A stretch of DNA of 43,223 nucleotides from Chloroflexota bacterium (GTDB taxonomy: Bacteria > Chloroflexota > Limnocylindria > QHBO01). Shown here in pieces: positions 35,736-43,223 of this stretch (position 1 is its first letter; every line of letters starts with the position of its first letter). A program made the position numbers and the translations under genes. The notes below the pieces were generated by a model, which made no database searches, was not told the origin of the DNA, and worked only from the letters and a program-made list of their open reading frames with translations. Where the stretch lies: positions 1 through 43,223 of the forward strand of contig JBBEBK010000016.1 in assembly GCA_040882375.1 (NCBI GenBank), read 5' to 3'.

Positions 35736-36355
35736 TTCGCCTTCTGGACCAGCAGGAGTCCGTTGCGGGCGCCGGGGACGGCCCCCTTGACGAGAAGCAG
35801 ATTGCGCTCGTTGTCCACGCGTTCGACGATCAGTCGCTTGACGGTGACCTGGTCGTCGCCCATGTGACCCCCCATCTTCGTCCCCTTGAAGACGCGCCCA
35901 GGCGTGGTGCCGGCGCCGATCGACCCGGGGGCCCGGATGTTGGTCGAGCCGTGGGTCTTCGGGCCGCGCTTAAAGTGATGTCGGGCAATGGTCCCGGTGA
36001 ATCCGTGGCCCTTGCTCATGCCGGTTACGTCGACCAGGTCGCCGGGTTCGAAGAGGCTGACATCCAGCTGCTGGCCGACCTCGAACCCGTCGGTCGAGTC
36101 GACGCGAACCTCGCGTACGTGGCGCGGCTGCTGCTGTTCCCTGGGGAGCGCCTTGAACTGGCCGGCGACCGGCTTGGTGACGCGCTTCGCCGAGCCCGCG
36201 CCGAGCTGCAGGGCGGAGTAGCCGTCCTGCTCGGTCGTGCGAAGCCTGGTGATGCTGTTCGGGGTCGCCTCGATGACGCTCACCGGGACGACGCTGCCGT
36301 CGTCCCTGAAGACCCGCGTCATACCGAGCTTGCGCCCGATCAATCCTGCCGGCAC
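35732..36355 (-). CDS. rplC: 50S ribosomal protein L3
   Basis: GLIGRKLGMTRVF...V.VTVIE......G.SKG.GF.G...RH.F..GP..HGS...R.PGSIG. 207 aa, GTG start. Confidence 0.96.
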   Translation of the reverse strand: MPAGLIGRKLGMTRVFRDDGSVVPVSVIEATPNSITRLRTTEQDGYSALQLGAGSAKRVTKPVAGQFKALPREQQQPRHVREVRVDSTDGFEVGQQLDVSLFEPGDLVDVTGMSKGHGFTGTIARHHFKRGPKTHGSTNIRAPGSIGAGTTPGRVFKGTKMGGHMGDDQVTVKRLIVERVDNERNLLLVKGAVPGARNGLLLVQKAK

Positions 36356-36383
36356 TGTTTTCTGTCTACCTCACTGATGGCGG

Positions 36384-36414
36384 AAACCGGGGCGGATAAG
36401 ATCCGCCCCCGTTT
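36384..36414 (-). terminator. GC-rich hairpin with a short U-run immediately after the rpsJ stop (attenuator/terminator-like)
   Basis: RNA 5'-AAACGGGGGCGGAU-CUU-AUCCGCCCCGGUUU-3': 13 of 14 positions pair. It lies in the 58-nt rpsJ-rplC spacer, where most neighbouring genes are 0-15 nt apart. Confidence 0.35.
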
Positions 36415-36722
36415 CACATCTTGATCTCAATATCCACGCCTGCAGCCAGGCTCAGCCGCATCAGCGCATCCACCGTCTTGGTCGACGGATCGATGATGTC
36501 GATCAGTCGCTTGTGCGTCCGGATCTCGAACTGCTCCCGACCATCCTTGTGGACGAAGGGCCCGCGGATGACGGTGTACTTCTCGATCCGGGTCGGCAGT
36601 GGCACGGGACCCGCCACGGCGGCCCCGGTGCGCTGCGCCGTCTCCACGATCTGCTCGGCCGACTGGTCGAGCAGCTTGTGGTCGTACGCCTTCAGCCGAA
36701 TGCGGATGCGCTGTTTGGCCAT
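36414..36722 (-). CDS. rpsJ: 30S ribosomal protein S10
   Basis: [18 protein letters not shown]...IV.TA.RTGA.V.GP.PLPT.....[18 protein letters not shown]. Confidence 0.97.
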   Translation of the reverse strand: MAKQRIRIRLKAYDHKLLDQSAEQIVETAQRTGAAVAGPVPLPTRIEKYTVIRGPFVHKDGREQFEIRTHKRLIDIIDPSTKTVDALMRLSLAAGVDIEIKM

Positions 36723-36726
36723 CGAG

Positions 36727-37929
36727 TTAGCCGATGAGTTCCGTGATCACGCCCGCACCGACCGTGTGGCCGCCCTCGCGAATCGCGAAGCGCTGCCCCT
36801 GCTCGATGGCAATGGGGGTGATCAACTCGACATCGATGTTGACGTTATCGCCGGGCATGATCATCTCAACGCCCGCCGGCAGCTTGATCGCCCCGGTCAC
36901 GTCGGTCGTTCGCAGGTAGAACTGCGGACGGTAGCCGGCGTAGAACGGGGTGTGACGCCCGCCCTCCTCCTTCGTCAGGACGAGGACCTCGGCCTTGAAC
37001 TGGGTGCCCGGCTTCACGCTGCCGGCCTTCGCCAGCACCTGGCCGCGCTCCAGTTCGTCGCGCTCGATGCCCCTGAGCAGGAGGCCGACGTTGTCGCCGG
37101 CCTGGCCCTCGTCCAGGGTCTTCTTGAACATCTCGACGCCGGTCACCACCAGCTGGCGGCTCTTGGTGTGAATCCCGACCAGCTCGATCGTCTCACCGGT
37201 GCGGACCACGCCGCGCTCGATGCGGCCGGTGGCCACGGTGCCGCGACCCTTGATCCCGAAGACGTCCTCGATCGGCATCAGGAAGGGCTTGTCGATCTCG
37301 CGCGCCGGGGTCGGAATGTAGGTGTCAACCGCCTCCATCAACTCCTTGATGGAGGCGTACTCGGCCGCTTCCGGATCGGTCGAGCCTGACTCGAGCGCCT
37401 TGAGCGCCGAGCCGCGGATGACCGGGATGTCGTCGCCGGGGAAGTCGTACTTGCTGAGCAGCTCGCGGACTTCCATCTCGACCAGGTCGATCAGCATCTC
37501 GTCGTCGACCATGTCCACCTTGTTGAGGTAGACGACCATCGAGGGCACCTCGACCTGCTTGGCCAGCAGGATGTGCTCCCGCGTCTGGGGCATCGGACCG
37601 TCCGCAGCCGAGACAACCAGGATGGCGCCGTCCATCTGGGCGGCGCCGGTGATCATGTTCTTGATGTAGTCCGCGTGGCCGGGGCAGTCAACGTGCGCGT
37701 AGTGGCGCGCCGCTGTCTGGTACTCGACGTGGCTGATCGCGATGGTGATGCCGCGCTGCCGCTCCTCCGGGGCGTTGTCGATGGAGTCGAAGGCGCGGAA
37801 GTCAGCACCGCCCTGGAGAGCCAGGTACTTGGTGATAGCCGCCGTGAGGGTTGTCTTGCCGTGGTCCACGTGACCGATGGTGCCGACGTTCACGTGCGGC
37901 TTGTTGCGGTCGAACTTCTGCTTTGCCAT
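36727..37929 (-). CDS. tuf: Elongation factor Tu
   Basis: 400 aa. [33 protein letters not shown]..., [15 protein letters not shown] stop only 4 nt before the rpsJ ATG. Confidence 0.98.
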   Translation of the reverse strand: MAKQKFDRNKPHVNVGTIGHVDHGKTTLTAAITKYLALQGGADFRAFDSIDNAPEERQRGITIAISHVEYQTAARHYAHVDCPGHADYIKNMITGAAQMDGAILVVSAADGPMPQTREHILLAKQVEVPSMVVYLNKVDMVDDEMLIDLVEMEVRELLSKYDFPGDDIPVIRGSALKALESGSTDPEAAEYASIKELMEAVDTYIPTPAREIDKPFLMPIEDVFGIKGRGTVATGRIERGVVRTGETIELVGIHTKSRQLVVTGVEMFKKTLDEGQAGDNVGLLLRGIERDELERGQVLAKAGSVKPGTQFKAEVLVLTKEEGGRHTPFYAGYRPQFYLRTTDVTGAIKLPAGVEMIMPGDNVNIDVELITPIAIEQGQRFAIREGGHTVGAGVITELIG

Positions 37930-37950
37930 GGTCTGTCCTTCGTCGCTCCT

Positions 37951-40026
<2,076 letters not shown>

Positions 40027-40033
40027 CGGCGAC

Positions 40034-40507
40034 CTACCACTTGAAGTGGCTGAAGGCCTTGTTCGCCTCGGCCATGCGATGGGTGTCCTCGCGGCGCTTC
40101 ACGGCGGCGCCGATCCCGTTCGCGGCGTCGAGGAACTCGGCGGCGAGCTTCTCACCCATGCTGCGTCCATTGCGCTTGCGGGCTGAGTCGATCAGCCAGC
40201 GCATGCCGAGGCTGATGCGGCGGTCGGCGCGAACCTCGATCGGGATCTGGTAGGTCGAGCCACCGACACGCTTGGGCTTGACCTCGATGAGTGGCATGGC
40301 GTTGCGCAGCGCGAGCTCCATCACCTCGACGCCGGCGCGGCCGGCCTGCTTCTCGCAACGGGCGATGGCGTCTTCGAGAATGCGAGAGGCCAGCTGGCGC
40401 TTTCCGCCGTGCATCAGCTTGTTGGTGAATTGGTCGAGCGTCAGTGCGGTGCCAATGAGGTGCTCTTCGTACTTGCTCTTGCGGGCAACGGTGGGACGGC
40501 GGGGCAT
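40034..40507 (-). CDS. rpsG: 30S ribosomal protein S7
   Basis: MPRR......NKLM..GK...A..I...A......P..EV...RVGG.TYQ.P.EVR..RR..L..RW.......R; ends AFSHFKW. Confidence 0.97.
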   Translation of the reverse strand: MPRRPTVARKSKYEEHLIGTALTLDQFTNKLMHGGKRQLASRILEDAIARCEKQAGRAGVEVMELALRNAMPLIEVKPKRVGGSTYQIPIEVRADRRISLGMRWLIDSARKRNGRSMGEKLAAEFLDAANGIGAAVKRREDTHRMAEANKAFSHFKW

Positions 40508-40514
40508 CGGTCTG

Positions 40515-40934
40515 CTAGCCCTTGCCCGGCGCCTTGGCGCCGTACTTGCTGCGACTCTGCCTGCGGTCGCGCACGCCGGCCGCGTCGAGCGTGCCGCGCA
40601 CGATGTGGTACTTCACCGCCGGCAGGTCCTTCACGCGACCGCCGCGGACGAGCACCACCGAGTGCTCCTGGAGGTTGTGCCCCTCGCCGGGGATGTAGGC
40701 GGTGACCTCCATCCCGTTGACCAGCCGCACGCGCGCCACCTTCCGAAGGGCCGAGTTCGGCTTCTTCGGCGTGCGGGTCATCACCTGGATGCACACGCCG
40801 CGTCGCTGCGGGGCTCCGCGCCCCTCGGAGGCCGTCTGGGTGAGCGTGTTGAACGTGCGGCGCAGCGCAGGCGCCTTGACCTTCCTGCTCGACGGCTTCC
40901 GGCCCTTGCGGACCAGCTGGCTGATGGTTGGCAA
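40515..40934 (-). CDS. rpsL: 30S ribosomal protein S12 (carries a 14-residue internal insertion relative to the E. coli/Thermus forms)
   Basis: TTG at 40934 (GAGG Shine-Dalgarno 8 nt upstream): (M)[12 protein letters not shown]...PQRRGVC...[55 protein letters not shown]. The upstream 28 codons of the track ORF are leader sequence. Confidence 0.96.
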   Translation of the reverse strand: MPTISQLVRKGRKPSSRKVKAPALRRTFNTLTQTASEGRGAPQRRGVCIQVMTRTPKKPNSALRKVARVRLVNGMEVTAYIPGEGHNLQEHSVVLVRGGRVKDLPAVKYHIVRGTLDAAGVRDRRQSRSKYGAKAPGKG

Positions 40935-41084
40935 CGAGAACCTCGCGTCTTGGGAATGCCTGGACGTATGCCGTTGATCGCTCCCCCGCGGGCGCGCGGC
41001 GGCCCTTCGAAGGGCCATCCGGTGGCTTCAGCGAAGGGTGCCCGAACGGGCACACACGAAGGCGTCCCGCGAGCGGGACACCGA
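40935..41084 (-). promoter_or_regulatory. Structured 5' leader of rpsL with four consecutive GC-rich tetraloop hairpins
   Basis: Hairpins are at 41064-41079 (GUCCCG-CUCG-CGGGAC), 41038-41053 (GUGCCC-GUUC-GGGCAC), 41001-41016 (GGCCCU-UCGA-AGGGCC) and 40986-40999 (CCGCG-CGCC-CGCGG). All lie between the predicted -10 and the Shine-Dalgarno. Confidence 0.4.
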
Positions 41085-41090
41085 AGCGTG

Positions 41091-41120
41091 AGTATACGGC
41101 TCGGCGCGAGAGAGTGTCAA
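41091..41120 (-). promoter_or_regulatory. Near-consensus sigma-70-type promoter for the rpsL operon
   Basis: Minus strand reads TTGACA (41120-41115), an 18-nt spacer, then TATACT (41096-41091), starting 14 nt after the rpoC stop. Confidence 0.6.
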
Positions 41121-41133
41121 CCACGCGGGGAGG

Positions 41134-43223
41134 CTAGGACCCGCCTGGGCCGTCCTCCGCGATGAGCTCCTCGAAGACCTCTTCGACAACCTCGGCCTCG
41201 ATGGCAGGGTTGTCGCCGGCGTCCATCAGTGCGACCACTGTCTCGCCCGCCTCCTCAGCTGCCGCCTCGGCTTCGTCGGGGGCGATGACGCCATCGTGGT
41301 CGGCATCGACGTCGCCGGTCAGGAAGGTCATCGCCGCCTCGCGCTCGCGCAGCGACTCGGCCTCTTCGGGCGAGAGCTCGCGTGCCTTGGCCGCGGCCGC
41401 GGCCCGCGCCGCGGCGCCGGTCCCAGCGGGGATCAGCTTGCCGATGATGACGTTCTCCTTGAGGCCGAGCAGGTGGTCCTTGGCACCGTTGATCGCCGCC
41501 TCGGTGAGCACCCGGGTCGTCTCCTGGAACGAGGCTGCCGCCAGGAAGGAGCTGGTGTTGAGCGACGCCTTGGTCACCCCCAGCAGCACCGTCTGGGCCG
41601 TGGCCGGCTCGCCGCCCTCGGCCAGGATCCGGTTGTTCACCTCTTCGAACTCGAACCGGTCGATCAATTCGCTCGGCAGCAGCTCGGTGTCGCCCGCGGA
41701 GTCGACCGTCACCTTGCGAAGCATCTGCCGCACGATGATCTCGATGTGCTTGTCGGAGATCGTCACGCCCTGTGATCGGTACACCTTCTGGACCTCTGCC
41801 ACCAGGAAGCGCTGGACGGTGTCCACGCCCTTGATCTGGAGCAGGTCCTTGGGATTCAGCGATCCCTCGGTCAGCGGGTGCCCGGCGAGTACCTCGTCCC
41901 CGCTCTCTACCTTCAGCCGCGCCGAGTGAGGTACCTGGTACTCGCGGGTGTCGACGTCTTCGGAGTGGAGGGTCAGCGTTGCACCCTTCTTGGCGATGCG
42001 GCCCTTCGAAGGTGCCTTGACCTCGACCAGCTCGTCATCCTCGCCGAGCCTGGCGAGGAGCTGCCCTTCCTCGACCTCGTCGCCGTTGGCTACGAGCACC
42101 TCGTGCTGTTTGGTGAGCTTGATCGGGGTGTCGTACGCCTCGATGTGGGTGACCTGCACGACGATCGGCTGATCGACTCCGGAGCGCACCACTTCGACGG
42201 TGCCGTCGATCTCGGTCATGATCGCCTGGCCCTTGGGAATCCGGGCCTCGAAGAGCTCCTCGACGCGCGGGAGACCTTGCGTGATGTCCTCGCCCGCCAC
42301 GCCGCCGGTGTGGAAGGTCCGCATCGTCAGCTGCGTACCGGGCTCACCGATCGACTGTGCGGCGATGATGCCCACCGCCTGGCCCAGCGCGACCAGCTGT
42401 CCGGTCGCCAGGTTGCGGCCGTAGCACATCCGGCAGACGCCGTGACGGGCTGCGCAGGTGAGCGGCGAGCGCACGCTGATTCGATCCAGGCCGAGGGCGT
42501 CGATTCGCTCGACCGCCGCCTCGTTGATCTCTTCGTTGCGGGCGACGATCAGCTCGCCGGTCGCCTCGTCCACGATATCGACCGCAACCATCCGGCCGCC
42601 GAGCCGGTCGGTGAACGGCTCGGGGATCTGGGTCGATTCCTCGCGCGTGATCCAGGTTCCCAGGTCGGTTCCGCAGTCGTCCTCGCGAGTGATCACGTCC
42701 TGCGCCACGTCGACCAGTCGCCGGGTCAGGTACCCGGAGTCGGCGGTGCGCAGCGCGGTGTCGGCGAGCCCCTTTCGGGCGCCGTGGCTGGAGATGAAGT
42801 ACTCCAGGACGGTCATCCCTTCGCGGAGGTTGCTTCGAATCGGCAGGTCGATGATCCGGCCGGAGGGATCGGCCATCAGGCCGCGCATCCCCGCCAGCTG
42901 GTGCACCTGCGTCACGTTTCCGCGGGCGCCGGAGTGGGTGATCATCCAGACCGAGCCCTTCTTGTCGAGACCATCGAGCATCTTCTGGGTCACCGTATCG
43001 GTCGTATCGCGCCAGACATCAACGGTCTGCTTGTAGCGCTCCTCCTCGGTGATGAAGCCGCGCCGGAACTCGCGGTCGATCCCGGCCACCTGCGTGTCGG
43101 CTCCCGCGAGCAGCGCGACCTTCTCGGCGGGCACGCGGATGTCGTCGATGCCGATGGTGATGCCGGCCACGGTCGCGTAGTGGAAGCCGAGCGTCTTGAT
43201 GCCGTCGACCAGGTGGGTGGTGG
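41134..43223 (-). CDS. rpoC: DNA-directed RNA polymerase subunit beta' (C-terminal roughly 695 aa; the gene continues beyond the window end)
   Basis: ...[58 protein letters not shown]..., GKLIPAGTG, then a 93-aa acidic tail. The frame is open to 43223. Confidence 0.97.
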   Translation of the reverse strand, partial: TTHLVDGIKTLGFHYATVAGITIGIDDIRVPAEKVALLAGADTQVAGIDREFRRGFITEEERYKQTVDVWRDTTDTVTQKMLDGLDKKGSVWMITHSGARGNVTQVHQLAGMRGLMADPSGRIIDLPIRSNLREGMTVLEYFISSHGARKGLADTALRTADSGYLTRRLVDVAQDVITREDDCGTDLGTWITREESTQIPEPFTDRLGGRMVAVDIVDEATGELIVARNEEINEAAVERIDALGLDRISVRSPLTCAARHGVCRMCYGRNLATGQLVALGQAVGIIAAQSIGEPGTQLTMRTFHTGGVAGEDITQGLPRVEELFEARIPKGQAIMTEIDGTVEVVRSGVDQPIVVQVTHIEAYDTPIKLTKQHEVLVANGDEVEEGQLLARLGEDDELVEVKAPSKGRIAKKGATLTLHSEDVDTREYQVPHSARLKVESGDEVLAGHPLTEGSLNPKDLLQIKGVDTVQRFLVAEVQKVYRSQGVTISDKHIEIIVRQMLRKVTVDSAGDTELLPSELIDRFEFEEVNNRILAEGGEPATAQTVLLGVTKASLNTSSFLAAASFQETTRVLTEAAINGAKDHLLGLKENVIIGKLIPAGTGAAARAAAAAKARELSPEEAESLREREAAMTFLTGDVDADHDGVIAPDEAEAAAEEAGETVVALMDAGDNPAIEAEVVEEVFEELIAEDGPGGS

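Noticed and set aside
41001-41016. The perfect palindrome GGCCCTTCGAAGGGCC as the rpoC transcription terminator
   Set aside because: It lies downstream of the predicted rpsL promoter (-35 at 41120-41115), so it falls within the rpsL leader. It also has no U-tract. It is treated as one of the four leader hairpins instead.

Overview
This is a very GC-rich bacterial chromosomal segment. Every gene I can support lies on the minus strand: about 60 genes, many joined by 4-nt ATGA/GTGA/TTGA stop-start overlaps. In transcription order (high to low coordinates) the window contains: the rpoC 3' end; a near-consensus promoter and structured leader; rpsL-rpsG-fusA-tuf, joined with only 4 nt to the S10 cluster (rpsJ to rpsQ) and the spc cluster (rplN to rplO, secY, adk, map); a second promoter; infA-rpmJ-rpsM-rpsK-rpsD-rpoA-rplQ; truA-rplM-rpsI; a hairpin; cdaA-cdaR-glmM-glmS; acpS-nnrD-alr; a seven-gene block of uncharacterised, mostly membrane proteins plus a GlmL/MutL-like ASKHA ATPase (5416-11446); then tsaE-tsaB-rimI-tsaD-rsmA-ispE-ridA and the 5' part of glmU. 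I found no tRNA, rRNA, CRISPR array, transposase or integrase. The long plus-strand ORFs in the track are Arg/Pro/Ala-rich antisense shadows typical of high-GC DNA. The best candidate for an undescribed system is the tightly coupled seven-gene membrane/ATPase operon, which interrupts the otherwise conserved alr -> tsaE linkage. Other points worth checking: an in-frame TAA inside the essential gene ispE; a Lys/Ala/Pro-rich N-terminal extension on L5; a 14-residue insertion in S12; an EF-hand-like loop in an acidic RpoC tail; four tandem tetraloop hairpins in the rpsL leader; and the absence of the usual tuf/rpsJ intergenic leader. All family assignments come from reading motifs by eye. No database search was run.
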